Part shown: positions 29,487 to 38,544 of the stretch, piece after piece
Numbering within the stretch: the stretch's first letter is position 1
Layout of the letters: each line of letters starts with the position of its first letter
Assembly: GCA_001940895.1 (NCBI GenBank)
Contig: MSGY01000011.1
Location: forward strand, 78,942-142,941
Length of the DNA stretch: 64,000 bases
Origin: Christensenellaceae bacterium Phil10
Lineage (GTDB): Bacteria; Bacillota; Clostridia; Christensenellales; CAG-917
Reading direction: 5' to 3'
The notes under the pieces: model-generated
What the model was told of the DNA's origin: nothing
Seen by the model: the letters and a program-made list of their open reading frames with translations, nothing else
Databases searched by the model: none
Made by a program: the position numbers and the translations under genes

Positions 29487-29896
29487 TATTTATTCTCCGA
29501 TAAGTATTTGTTAACGCTTGCGAGCACTCCGTTTACGAAAGTCTTGCTTTTTTCGGTTGAAAACTTTTTGACAAGGTCGACCGCTTCGTTAATGCTTACC
29601 GCAGCAGGGATATCGTCCTCGTATTTCAGTTCGTAAGCGCAGAGTATCATTGCCGCGAGGTCGGGCTTGTAAATGCGGTCCGCGTTGTATCCGTCGGCAA
29701 ACTGCGCGACGATTGATTTCAACTCGTCGAAATGCGCGGTTATGCCGTCGTAGGCTTTGACCATATACCGCTTGTCCTCGTCGCAAAGAGTTGCGTCCAT
29801 CAGATAGGCGTTTAACGTCTGCTCGTTTTTCTCGTTTGAAAAAATATACTCGAAAGTAAGTTGAAAAAGATGTTCTCTTGCCACGTGTCTGCTCAT
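29486..29896 (-). CDS. nusB: Transcription antitermination factor NusB
   Basis: 136 aa. SRHVAREHLFQ...ILCAYEL...INEAVDLVKKF. Follows an Asp23-family gene as in other Firmicutes. Confidence 0.9.
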   Translation of the reverse strand: MSRHVAREHLFQLTFEYIFSNEKNEQTLNAYLMDATLCDEDKRYMVKAYDGITAHFDELKSIVAQFADGYNADRIYKPDLAAMILCAYELKYEDDIPAAVSINEAVDLVKKFSTEKSKTFVNGVLASVNKYLSENK

Positions 29897-29946
29897 AAAA
29901 ACCTCTTAAAACAAACAAATTAGTCCCGCTTCGGGGACTAACCGTA

Positions 29947-30345
29947 TTATTTTTTATCCTCCGTCCTTTCGGAAGAATCCTCCTCTTCCGAAAACTCGTG
30001 CACCACGACGGGCTGTTCATCTTCGTCGTCGACGATAATGCCCATGACGGAAACGTTGACTTCCTGCACCTTATAGCAGGTTTCCTTTTCGATTGCGTCT
30101 TTAATCGCGATTTGCACCTTGCAGACGGTATCCGGAATATTGTATCCGTACAGGACGTTGAGGTATATATCGATATTGACGCGTCCGTCGCCGTTGAAAT
30201 AGGCGTGTACGTCGTTATCTTTTATCGGTCTGAACTTGTCGGGGTTTTCCCCGAGTAACCTTACCCCCTCCACAGTTGCGGCGCGGGCGGCGATATCTGC
30301 GATAATTTCGGCGTAAACCTCGGTATTTGACTTGACTTTCGACAT
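29947..30345 (-). CDS. Asp23/Gls24 family envelope stress protein
   Basis: 132 aa. IIADIAARAATVEGV...V.VDIYLNVLYGYNIPDTVCKVQ..IKDAIE with an acidic tail. Confidence 0.8.
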   Translation of the reverse strand: MSKVKSNTEVYAEIIADIAARAATVEGVRLLGENPDKFRPIKDNDVHAYFNGDGRVNIDIYLNVLYGYNIPDTVCKVQIAIKDAIEKETCYKVQEVNVSVMGIIVDDEDEQPVVVHEFSEEEDSSERTEDKK

Positions 30346-30366
30346 ATTACCCTCCGGAATGATGGT

Positions 30367-30395
30367 ATTATATCATAATTTTTTTCCGAGTTCAA
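30367..30395 (-). promoter_or_regulatory. Sigma-A-type promoter for asp23-nusB-folD
   Basis: Minus strand reads TTGAAC (30395-30390), 17 nt, then TATAAT (30372-30367). Confidence 0.5.
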
Positions 30396-30435
30396 GCGAT
30401 TGACGCCCCGACAAGCACTTTATTTATCCGATACG

Positions 30436-30924
30436 TCAGTAGCGGCATACGACGACGTCGTTTGCGGTATAATCGGTTTCGGAAGTTACTATGCTCAGAA
30501 TCTGCGCGACCTCGTTTGCCTGCAAATCGTCGTCCGCAACCACAACCGTGCAGGTTTTATCGGACAACGTAACGATTACGTCTCTGAAACCGCGGGCCTG
30601 AATAAGCCTTTCGAGCAGAAGTTCGTCTTCCATCTGTTTGCATACGCTCTGTTTCTGCGTTTCGGCGGCCGATTTCGCGTCCTGACTGCTGCTTTCGGCA
30701 GTTATTATGGCGTCGAGATAATCGAATAATTCCTGTCTCGTGGTTTCCCTTGTCGAACGGAAACTGCTGAAAGTTTCGGTAACCGTCGGTTCGTTATCGA
30801 CGTTAGCGACCTGTCCCTGCTGCTTCGTGAGTTTGTTGTTGAGAAGAACGTTCAGCACCGCCGACGCAACGAGCAGTACGAGCATAACCGATAAAACCGC
30901 TATTTTCTTTTTGTTGCCTTTCAT
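30436..30924 (-). CDS. spoIIIAH: Stage III sporulation protein AH
   Basis: 162 aa with an N-terminal TM and a C-terminal YscJ/FliF-like domain. Last gene of the contiguous spoIIIA operon. Confidence 0.8.
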   Translation of the reverse strand: MKGNKKKIAVLSVMLVLLVASAVLNVLLNNKLTKQQGQVANVDNEPTVTETFSSFRSTRETTRQELFDYLDAIITAESSSQDAKSAAETQKQSVCKQMEDELLLERLIQARGFRDVIVTLSDKTCTVVVADDDLQANEVAQILSIVTSETDYTANDVVVCRY

Positions 30925-30933
30925 AAAAACCTC

Positions 30934-31515
30934 CTACTTCATTATGAAAATTTTAATAATTTTTTCGTCTATATTCAAAGCGGCTGCCGTCGCCTCCATA
31001 AGTTCGAGACGGACTTTGATATCCGCCGCTCCTTCGGCGACAATCACTACCCCTTGTATTTTCGGACCGTTAGTTTTTTCGACGAGAGGGGTTTTCGACG
31101 AGCCCTCTCCGGTAAAGACAGGCGTCGTCTTTTCTTCGGTGACCGTAGTTTTCAGGTTCGCTCCGCCCGAGTCGTCCTCCCTGACGGTCGTGTTTACGGT
31201 TCTGTCGTATACGTAAACGACTTCTCCCGTACCCTCGTAACCTATATAAACTCTGACTTTACCGGCGCCTTTAATCTCCGACAGAATTTTTTCGAGTTTT
31301 CCGCACTCGTCTTCCCCTTCGGACAAAGTTCCCGTCAAAGAGGTTTCTCCCGCAGAGCCGTCCTCTTTCTTTTTCGCCTCTCTGACGATTCCGTAAAGCA
31401 AAAGTATTATCGCAATTAAAATTATGCAGACAATCAATTCGATATTCTTTACGCTTTTAAGTTTGGAGAAAAATCCCTTTATGCCCTTTCCGCGTTCGTT
31501 TTTATCGTCGTTCAT
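30934..31515 (-). CDS. spoIIIAG: Stage III sporulation protein AG
   Basis: 193 aa with one TM and a C-terminal ring-forming domain (KIQGVVIVAEGA). Confidence 0.85.
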   Translation of the reverse strand: MNDDKNERGKGIKGFFSKLKSVKNIELIVCIILIAIILLLYGIVREAKKKEDGSAGETSLTGTLSEGEDECGKLEKILSEIKGAGKVRVYIGYEGTGEVVYVYDRTVNTTVREDDSGGANLKTTVTEEKTTPVFTGEGSSKTPLVEKTNGPKIQGVVIVAEGAADIKVRLELMEATAAALNIDEKIIKIFIMK

Positions 31516-31990
31516 AAAAAACCCTTATATCCTCCTCGGCAACGCCCGAAAAAGCCGCCGCGCTTTTCCTGACTTCGTCAATATCAATACTATTCGACTT
31601 GTCCGCAGTAAATGCTTCCCGCGCCAAAATTACGTTAACGTAGTCAATTTCTTTCTCGTTTCCCGTTTTTCCGACAAAACGAACGGTGGCTTTCACGCCT
31701 GTAGCCGACAGATAATCCGCAAGAAGTTTCTCCCTCGTTTTAAAAGAATTTGCGGATATCCCGTCTAAGAAATCCTCGTCGGAAGAATATTCGGTATAAT
31801 CCGCCCCGATAACGTTTTTTATATCGAAATCCGAAGAAAGCAATTTCGGAAGAGGCGATATAACGACGTAAAGTATTATCAACGAAAGAATTCCCTTTAC
31901 GTATTTTTTGGTCTGCCCTTCGGGCAGCATCAGCGAAAGCAAAGAGCCCGCGGCTATAATACCCGAAATCGCAAGCACGTAAGTTCTCAT
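31502..31990 (-). CDS. spoIIIAF: Stage III sporulation protein AF
   Basis: 162 aa with two N-terminal TM helices (LLSLMLPEG.. motif). Assignment rests mainly on operon position. Confidence 0.8.
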   Translation of the reverse strand: MRTYVLAISGIIAAGSLLSLMLPEGQTKKYVKGILSLIILYVVISPLPKLLSSDFDIKNVIGADYTEYSSDEDFLDGISANSFKTREKLLADYLSATGVKATVRFVGKTGNEKEIDYVNVILAREAFTADKSNSIDIDEVRKSAAAFSGVAEEDIRVFYERR

Positions 31991-33186
31991 CCCGCCACCC
32001 CCGTATTACAAGACAGACTCACCGTAAGCACCAAAGCGAAAAACGCAAAAGCGGCGGCAAGTACGGAAGATACGAGAAGCTTACAGCTTTTTGCAATTTT
32101 GTTAAGTATTTCCGACGTATTGTCGGCGCCGAGAGGTTCCACCGCCGCGGCCGCGAAACGCAATAAAACAATAAACGCCGCCATTTTTAGGACGGGAAAA
32201 AGAACGACGGACGCAAGAATAATCAACCCGGTAACTCCGAGAGCGTTTTTAATCAGCACGCAACTTGCCATCACGACGTCGAAACCGTCCGAAAGATATC
32301 CTCCGACGACGGGTACGTAACTTTTAAGAGCGAATCTCGCGGCGTTGACGCCGACTCCGTCAACCGTTCGCCCCAATATTCCTGCGACGGTAAGATAAAA
32401 AACGAACGCCGAAAACGACAGTTTAAGCACCCATTCTCCGATTTTTCTGAAAAAATCCGAAAGTTTACTCAGTTTTACCGACGGAGAAACGTTTCCGACG
32501 GCGCCTATTACGACAGACCCCGTAAAGCACGGCAGGACCACGCTTTTCACGATTTTTACGGCGCCGGCAGAGGCTACGGCCGCAAGAGGTTTTATCAATC
32601 CCGCTCCGCTCGTTCCCCCCAAAGCAGTCATTAAAGTTATAAGAACGGGAAAAAGCGCGTTTGTGAGTTTTTCCACCCTGCCCACGGTTTCGACGGTCAG
32701 CGTAAACATTTTCGCCGTCTCGGAAATAACCACGGTAAGCACGGCGGCGTAACAGGCAAAACCCACGATTTCCGAAGTCGAATCGTTGAGAAAACCCGAA
32801 TTGAGTCCTTTCAGCATGCCCGATAGCACGGACACGACCATAACGGTAAGAACGGCGGGAATAAAATCCGTAAACCCGCCCGCAATTCCTTTGAACAACG
32901 CCGCGAGAAAATCCGTAAAAGACAATCCGACGTCGCCCGAAACGAGTTTTTTCAGCATAGTCTTTACGTCGTCGGAAATAAGTCCTTTCTCGTCTTCGGA
33001 CAGGCTGTCGAAATATTCTTCGAGTTTTGAAGTATCCAGTTTGTCAAGCGTATCGTCCACGCTTTCGGACAGTTCTTCCTCTATATCGCTTTCAGCCGCA
33101 TAAGCTACGTTTTTTACATCGATATGATTAAAAAAAGCAAAAAAAACTGCCGAAACCAGAATAAATAAAAATATTTTTGTTTTCAT
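31987..33186 (-). CDS. spoIIIAE: Stage III sporulation protein AE
   Basis: 399 aa with a signal peptide and a polytopic membrane domain. Operon position fits. Confidence 0.88.
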   Translation of the reverse strand: MKTKIFLFILVSAVFFAFFNHIDVKNVAYAAESDIEEELSESVDDTLDKLDTSKLEEYFDSLSEDEKGLISDDVKTMLKKLVSGDVGLSFTDFLAALFKGIAGGFTDFIPAVLTVMVVSVLSGMLKGLNSGFLNDSTSEIVGFACYAAVLTVVISETAKMFTLTVETVGRVEKLTNALFPVLITLMTALGGTSGAGLIKPLAAVASAGAVKIVKSVVLPCFTGSVVIGAVGNVSPSVKLSKLSDFFRKIGEWVLKLSFSAFVFYLTVAGILGRTVDGVGVNAARFALKSYVPVVGGYLSDGFDVVMASCVLIKNALGVTGLIILASVVLFPVLKMAAFIVLLRFAAAAVEPLGADNTSEILNKIAKSCKLLVSSVLAAAFAFFALVLTVSLSCNTGVAG

Positions 33187-33569
33187 ATCGTCAGCTTTCC
33201 GATAACGTCGATAAACGCTTCGATAATTGGCAATGCCAGTAAAAATATCAGCGTTTTCCCGGACAACTGCAATTTTTTCCCGACGCTGGACGCGCCGTAA
33301 TCCTCGCAGATTCCCGCCGAAAATTCCGTAAGATACGCCACTCCGACGATTTTGAGTATGCAGGTATAAAGCGCGCCGGGGACGCCCGTCTTTTCCACTA
33401 TTTCCGTAAAGGACGAAAGAACGCCGCTTAAACCTCTGGCTATCATCAGAAGAATCGCGAGTCCGGTAGCCATAACGACGAAAACCGAAAACTCCGATTT
33501 CGCGCTTTTTAAAAATCCGGCGGTTATGACGCCGAGTATTCCCACCCCCACGATTTTGAAAATATCCAT
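33183..33569 (-). CDS. spoIIIAD: Stage III sporulation protein AD
   Basis: 128-aa integral membrane protein (MDIFKIVGVGILG...). Operon position fits. Confidence 0.88.
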   Translation of the reverse strand: MDIFKIVGVGILGVITAGFLKSAKSEFSVFVVMATGLAILLMIARGLSGVLSSFTEIVEKTGVPGALYTCILKIVGVAYLTEFSAGICEDYGASSVGKKLQLSGKTLIFLLALPIIEAFIDVIGKLTI

Positions 33570-33766
33570 TATCTGAACCCGAACAACTGCTTTACGGTAT
33601 CGAATACTCCGCTTATCATATCCGCCACCATCATAAGAACGACGACGATGCCCACTATGGTTACGAACGTGCCTATTTCGTCCTTGTCGCTTTTTTTAAG
33701 TATGATGTTGATAACCGCGGTAAGCATACCGACGCCGGCTATTTTTAAAATAATTTCTATTCCCAT
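33569..33766 (-). CDS. spoIIIAC: Stage III sporulation protein AC
   Basis: 65-aa two-TM protein (ILKIAGVGMLTAVINIILKKS.KDE). Confidence 0.88.
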   Translation of the reverse strand: MGIEIILKIAGVGMLTAVINIILKKSDKDEIGTFVTIVGIVVVLMMVADMISGVFDTVKQLFGFR

Positions 33767-33767
33767 A

Positions 33768-34268
33768 TCACACCACGAGTATCATAAGCGTAATGCCCAA
33801 CAGCACGAAAAGCTTATAATACATATCGCCTTTTTTATTCAAATCCGACTCGTATTTGCGCTTTTTTTCTTCAAAAACATCCTGATATCTCTTTATATTT
33901 GTAATTTCGTTTTCGAGGTCGGATTTCCCGAGAGCAAACAGAAACGACGCAATAATCAGATTGTCTTCGTCCCTAAGGACGTTTGACCTCACGTCCGACA
34001 AAACCTCTTCCGCATTGCAGAAACCAACGCTCATCCCGGCGTAATACTTTTTCATAATACCCGAAAATACGCCTTTCCCTTCCTTGCAATATGCCCGTAA
34101 AATCTCGTCGAGAGGTGTCTTTAAAGAGGATATTTCCCTTTTATAATAAGCGCAGAAATCGCAGGCGTCCGTAAAAACCGACATCCTCGTGCGGAAACTC
34201 TTTTTTATTGCAAGACCCGTCAACGCCGCCGCAGTCATAAGCAACGCTCCCGCTACAACGCTCAGCAT
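33768..34268 (-). CDS. spoIIIAB: Stage III sporulation protein AB
   Basis: 166 aa with an N-terminal and a C-terminal TM around a helical cytoplasmic domain. Operon position fits. Confidence 0.85.
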   Translation of the reverse strand: MLSVVAGALLMTAAALTGLAIKKSFRTRMSVFTDACDFCAYYKREISSLKTPLDEILRAYCKEGKGVFSGIMKKYYAGMSVGFCNAEEVLSDVRSNVLRDEDNLIIASFLFALGKSDLENEITNIKRYQDVFEEKKRKYESDLNKKGDMYYKLFVLLGITLMILVV

Positions 34269-35125
34269 TTTTCGATTATTTCCGCGATTTCTCCGGGGCG
34301 TTTCTTTTTTGAAAGCACCACCGTAACGTCCATCGCTTTCTGCAGTTTTTCATAAACCGTATCTTTAAGCGCACCGACGGTTTCCGCGTGAACGCTTATT
34401 GCGACGCCCACGCCCGCCCTCATTGCGTCGAGCACCGCGTTTACCTCTTTTTCACCGTAAATCTCGTCGGTAATTACTGCGTCGGGATTCATGCTTCTGA
34501 CAAGCATTTCAAAGGCTCTGGTTTTCGAAACGCCCGTTATTACGTCGCACGACGGTCCCGTATCCAAAGTGGGTTCTCCTTTGCAAACGGCGGCTATTTC
34601 GCTTCTTTCGTCGATAACGGCAACGTTCAGCCCCTTTACGGACGCAGCCCTCGCAATTTCCCGAAGCAAAGTGGTTTTTCCGCCCGCCGGCGGCGAAACA
34701 ATCATCGTGTTTCTGAATTTTCTTCCTTCGACGATTTTTCCGATAAGTTCGTCCGCCTGTCCCTTTATTTCGCACGGTATGCGTATTGCGAGCGACGTAG
34801 GATACTTTACGTTGAAAACGGCGTCCCCGTCCGAAACGCACTCGCCGGTTACGCCGATTCTTATGCCGCCTTTCCACGTGATGAATCCTTTAACGAGGTT
34901 GTCCGTAACCGAATAAAGCGAATAGCCGCTTGCCCGACCGAGAACGTGCGCCACGTCCCCGCCGGTAACGACGTAGGGTTTATCGCCCTCCCGTACGAAA
35001 AACCATTTCCCGCCGTCGAAACAGTAAAGCGGTTTGCCGACTCTCATTCTCAGTTCCGAAATTTTATCGGGAAGCAACGGATAAAAGGTCAGCGGTAACA
35101 ATGAAAAGAGATTGTCCGTATCCAT
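34262..35125 (-). CDS. spoIIIAA: Stage III sporulation protein AA (AAA+/secretion ATPase-like)
   Basis: Trimmed to ATG 35125 (MDTDNLFSLLP...), because the longest ORF would run through the thrS terminator and into thrS. Walker A SPPAGGKTTLLREIAR, Walker B ITDEI. Confidence 0.88.
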   Translation of the reverse strand: MDTDNLFSLLPLTFYPLLPDKISELRMRVGKPLYCFDGGKWFFVREGDKPYVVTGGDVAHVLGRASGYSLYSVTDNLVKGFITWKGGIRIGVTGECVSDGDAVFNVKYPTSLAIRIPCEIKGQADELIGKIVEGRKFRNTMIVSPPAGGKTTLLREIARAASVKGLNVAVIDERSEIAAVCKGEPTLDTGPSCDVITGVSKTRAFEMLVRSMNPDAVITDEIYGEKEVNAVLDAMRAGVGVAISVHAETVGALKDTVYEKLQKAMDVTVVLSKKKRPGEIAEIIEKC

Positions 35126-35139
35126 ACTAAAAAATATGC

Positions 35140-35167
35140 AAAAAAAATCCCCGCAATAACGCAGGGA
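35140..35167 (-). terminator. Rho-independent terminator after thrS
   Basis: Minus strand: TCCCTGC-GTTATT-GCGGGGA followed by T8. Lies only about 15 nt upstream of the spoIIIAA start. Confidence 0.7.
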
Positions 35168-35195
35168 CTTTTTTCTACAATATTCGTGATTTAAA

Positions 35196-37139
35196 TTATT
35201 CGCAGACTTTATCGTCCACTTCTTTGCGGATTTTCGCGATAAACTCTTCAAGTGTCATAACGCCCAGGTCTCCGTCTTTGCGACTTCTTACGGCAACCTT
35301 GTTTTCGGCGGCTTCCTTGTCGCCGATTATAAGCATATAAGGAATTTTATCAAGCTGAGCTTCGCGGATTTTATATCCGACCTTCTCGTTTCTGACGTCG
35401 GTTTCGGCACGGAATCCGCATTTATAAAGCGTTTGACGCACATCTTTCGCAACGTCTGCGGTACGGTCGGTAAGGCTTAGCACGCGCACCTGTTCGGGGG
35501 CGAGCCACGTCGGCAACGCGCCCGCGTATTTTTCAAGCAGCAACGCGATAGTGCGCTCGTAACAACCGATTGAAGTGCGGTGAATGATATACGGACGTGC
35601 CTTTTCTCCGTTTTCGTCGATATAGGACATATCGAAACGCTCGGCAAGGAACATATCGACCTGAATGGTAATGAGAGTATCCTCTTTTCCGTGCACGTTC
35701 TTAATCTGTATATCGAGTTTGGGACCGTAGAAAGCCGCCTCGTCGATTGCCTCGTAATAAGGGACGTTCAGGTCTTTGAGAATGCGCTCCATTTCGCTTT
35801 CGGCATACGCCCACTGTTTGGGGTCGTCGATGTATTTGTCGTTGGGATTTCTGGGGTCCCAGCGCGAGAAACGATAGGACACGTCCTTGTCGAGGCCCAC
35901 GCATTTAAGGCAATACTTCGCAAGTTCGAGGCAATTTTTGAATTCCGATTCGAGTTGCGACGGCATACACATAATGTGGCCTTCGGAAATGGTAAACTGT
36001 CTTACGCGGATAAGTCCGTGCATTTCGCCCGACGCCTCGTTTCTGAACAGCGTGGAAGTCTCGCCGTAACGCTTAGGAAGGTCGCGGTAGGATTTCATTC
36101 CGTTTTTATATACCGCATATTGGAAGGGGCACGTCATAGGACGCAACGCAAAAACTTCGCCTTCCGCGTCGGGGTCGCCGAAAATGAACATACCGTCCTG
36201 ATAGTGTTCCCAGTGTCCGCTTATCTGATAGAGTTCGCGCTTTGCCATATAAGGCGTTTTTGTAAGAAGATATCCGCGTTCCGCCTCGGTGTCCTCGACG
36301 AAACGGTTCAGAATCTGAAAAAGTTTTGCGCCCTTCGGCATAAGCAGAGGAAGTCCCTGCCCGATGTTTTCGTCGGTCATAAAGTATCCGAGTTCCCTGC
36401 CGATTTTATTGTGGTCGCGACGTTTTGCGTCCTCAACGGCGGCAAGATATGCGTCAAGGTCGGCTTTTTTTTCGAACGCCGTACCGTATATGCGGGAAAG
36501 CATTTTGTTGTGCTCGTTGCCCTTCCAGTATGCGCCCGTAAGAGAAGTTAGCTTAAACGCCTTGATTTTTCCCGTCGAAGGAAGGTGCGGTCCGGTGCAA
36601 AGGTCGACGTAATCGCCCTGCTTGTAAAAGCTGATTTCCTCACCCTCGGGCAATTCCTCGATAAGCTGGATTTTATAAATCTCGCCTTTTTTCTTCATCA
36701 GTTCGATTGCCTCGGCGCGCGGCAGCACGAAACGGGTTATGGGCAGATTCGCTTTGATGATTTTGTGCATTTCCGCCTCGATTTTGTCAAAGTCCTCCTG
36801 AGTTATGGGAGTTTTGAAATCGAAATCGTAATAAAAACCGTTTTCAATCGACGGACCTATTGCGAGTTTGACGGTAGGATAAAGGTTTTTAACCGCCTGC
36901 GCAAGCACGTGCGAACAGGTATGGCGATACACCTTTTTACCCTCGTCGTCGGCAAAAGTTACTACTTCGAAACGGCAATCCGCGTCTGCCGTTGCCGTAA
37001 TATCGCGAAGTTTCCCGTCGGTTTTAACCGCGACGGCGTTTCGCGCCAGTCCTTCGCTTATTTTCTTTGCGGCGTCGAGAAACGAAGTGCCCCGTTCAAC
37101 CTCGAGAACGCTGTCGTCTTTTAAAGTAAGTTTGACCAT
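35196..37139 (-). CDS. thrS: Threonine--tRNA ligase
   Basis: 647 aa with TGS, editing, class II core and anticodon-binding domains. Preceded by a Thr-specific T-box leader. Confidence 0.95.
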   Translation of the reverse strand: MVKLTLKDDSVLEVERGTSFLDAAKKISEGLARNAVAVKTDGKLRDITATADADCRFEVVTFADDEGKKVYRHTCSHVLAQAVKNLYPTVKLAIGPSIENGFYYDFDFKTPITQEDFDKIEAEMHKIIKANLPITRFVLPRAEAIELMKKKGEIYKIQLIEELPEGEEISFYKQGDYVDLCTGPHLPSTGKIKAFKLTSLTGAYWKGNEHNKMLSRIYGTAFEKKADLDAYLAAVEDAKRRDHNKIGRELGYFMTDENIGQGLPLLMPKGAKLFQILNRFVEDTEAERGYLLTKTPYMAKRELYQISGHWEHYQDGMFIFGDPDAEGEVFALRPMTCPFQYAVYKNGMKSYRDLPKRYGETSTLFRNEASGEMHGLIRVRQFTISEGHIMCMPSQLESEFKNCLELAKYCLKCVGLDKDVSYRFSRWDPRNPNDKYIDDPKQWAYAESEMERILKDLNVPYYEAIDEAAFYGPKLDIQIKNVHGKEDTLITIQVDMFLAERFDMSYIDENGEKARPYIIHRTSIGCYERTIALLLEKYAGALPTWLAPEQVRVLSLTDRTADVAKDVRQTLYKCGFRAETDVRNEKVGYKIREAQLDKIPYMLIIGDKEAAENKVAVRSRKDGDLGVMTLEEFIAKIRKEVDDKVCE

Positions 37140-37392
37140 ATTTTTACCTCTTTTGGATTATTTTTGCGTTATTTTTCGGACAAATCAAAAAATCCTTATG
37201 AAAATTTGTCATTTCATAAGGACGATATTACATACCGCGGTTCCACCTTAATTGCAAAACTGCCACTTTATATTCCGTTTTCGCGCGCCGGTGGTATCCT
37301 TCAGGGTCGCCGTTGCCTCGCACCAAACGGCAACTCTCTGAAAGCGACTTATCGTCGGGACGTGTCCGTTGCGGCCGGACTTATCCGAAATT
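37140..37392 (-). promoter_or_regulatory. T-box riboswitch leader (Thr, specifier ACC)
   Basis: Minus strand carries an AGAGA box (cagagagttg) and GGUGCGA. The specifier-loop sequence GGATACCACCGG has ACC followed by A (plus 37293-37295). The T-box sequence is AATTAAGGTGGAACCGCGG (plus 37235-37253). Terminator hairpin CCTTATGAAA/TTTCATAAGG plus a T-run (37185-37221). Confidence 0.85.
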
Positions 37393-37398
37393 GCTTAT

Positions 37399-37427
37399 AT
37401 TATATATTTGCGTTTTTCATAAGTCAA
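37399..37427 (-). promoter_or_regulatory. Sigma-A-type promoter for the thrS T-box leader
   Basis: Minus strand reads TTGACT (37427-37422), 17 nt, then TATAAT (37404-37399). Confidence 0.6.
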
Positions 37428-37431
37428 GCGA

Positions 37432-38151
37432 TTATCTGATTTTTACCCTGACGATATGTCTTAACGCCCGCACCGCTTCTCTTTCGACGTCGCAATTAAC
37501 CGTAAGTTTCGTGGCGGACACCGCAATTACCGTGCCGATAATATCGAAACCGTCCACGTTAAACAATCGCCTGACGTTTATCTCCCTGCCGTCGCTCTGA
37601 CGTTTAAGAACGGGTTTTTCGTCGTATTCCAGCACGAGTTCGAGGGGCGTCTGCGTTTTTGTCGCGCTGATATAATTTATTACGTTGTAAATATCCTGCT
37701 CGTCGGTGCCTATCTCGAAAAGTCTGCCGCACATATCGGATATTTCTTTCCAGCTGGCTCTTAACGCTTTAAGTCTGAAACGGAAAATGGCGTCTACGTC
37801 GTAACTTGCCGTTTCCGATAATACTTTTCTGACAAACGCCTTTTCAAGGTCGTAATCGAGATAAATCAGCGTCGATACGAGCGTCGCGACGGGATAATCG
37901 AGCTCCTTGTAACCGAGATTTTCAAGATAATACGAAAGTTTATAGTGTGTAAGAATAAAATCGGCGACGAAGTTTTCTATTTTGTCGCGTATTTCGTCGG
38001 CGTATTCGCAAAGCCCCGCAAGATAAATATATTTTCTGTGGCGGCTTTCCTCCACCGCGCACGAAACGTCTCTTATCGCCTCTACTCCCGCAAGAAGTTC
38101 GTCGAAGAATTTTTCGTCGCTTTTATCAATGCTGATTACGTTTGACCACAT
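37432..38151 (-). CDS. ytxC: YtxC-like putative sporulation protein
   Basis: 239 aa with no enzymatic motifs. Called from its position immediately upstream of thrS (as for B. subtilis ytxC) and its general size and composition. Not verified by alignment. Confidence 0.55.
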   Translation of the reverse strand: MWSNVISIDKSDEKFFDELLAGVEAIRDVSCAVEESRHRKYIYLAGLCEYADEIRDKIENFVADFILTHYKLSYYLENLGYKELDYPVATLVSTLIYLDYDLEKAFVRKVLSETASYDVDAIFRFRLKALRASWKEISDMCGRLFEIGTDEQDIYNVINYISATKTQTPLELVLEYDEKPVLKRQSDGREINVRRLFNVDGFDIIGTVIAVSATKLTVNCDVEREAVRALRHIVRVKIR

Positions 38152-38331
38152 AGCACTATTGTATGCAACGAAACGATAATTATTAAACGCCGGACTTTTT
38201 CGGGGATATACTTTTTATACCGATTCCGTCCGTATACTGATTATTTTACAAAATTTGCGGGACGTACGAATATTTTTGCGAAACGTTGCACTAAACCCGC
38301 TTTACGTGCGGGTTTACCCGTTGCCGAAAAC

Positions 38332-38360
38332 AAAAAAGACGATGTTCTTCACATCGTCTT
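38332..38360 (-). terminator. Rho-independent terminator after tRNA-Leu
   Basis: Minus strand: AAGACGATG-tgaagaa-CATCGTCTT followed by T6. A second hairpin (aaacccgc/gcgggttt, 38294-38315) follows. Confidence 0.7.
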
Positions 38361-38363
38361 TTA

Positions 38364-38447
38364 TGGTGCGGTCGATGGGACTTGAACCCATACGGTCTTC
38401 CCATACGCCCCTCAAACGTACGCGTCTGCCTGTTCCGCCACGACCGC
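38364..38447 (-). tRNA. tRNA-Leu (anticodon GAG), type II with long variable arm, CCA encoded
   Basis: Folded by hand. Acceptor GCGGTCG/CGACCGC. D arm GCG-GAACAGGCAGA-CGC. Anticodon stem TACGT/GCGTA with loop TTGAGGG. 12-nt variable arm. T arm ATGGG-TTCAAGT-CCCAT. A73 then CCA. Confidence 0.9.
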
Positions 38448-38458
38448 AAGCAAGATGT

Positions 38459-38487
38459 AATATAGCATACTTGATTTTTTATGTCAA
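38459..38487 (-). promoter_or_regulatory. Sigma-A-type promoter for tRNA-Leu
   Basis: Minus strand reads TTGACA (38487-38482), 17 nt, then TATATT (38464-38459) with a TGn extension. The predicted start is a few nt before the tRNA 5' end. Confidence 0.6.
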
Positions 38488-38544
38488 ATATTTTCGGATA
38501 TTTTGTGACGATTTTTATTATTTTGCCCCGTAGGGTAAGCACTA

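Noticed and set aside
35126-35251. Long N-terminal extensions in the longest-ORF track (spoIIIAA, infB, frr, pyrH, rnhB, yraN, rimP, nrdR, ylxQ, rarA, ABC permease, cgs-like)
   Set aside because: The extensions overlap upstream genes or terminators and have Arg/Lys-rich junk composition. Internal ATGs with good RBS spacing and family-typical N-termini were used instead.
38255-38542. 92-aa (+) and 83-aa (-) ORFs
   Set aside because: They overlap a cleanly folding tRNA-Leu(GAG) together with its promoter and terminator. The region is RNA-coding, not protein-coding.
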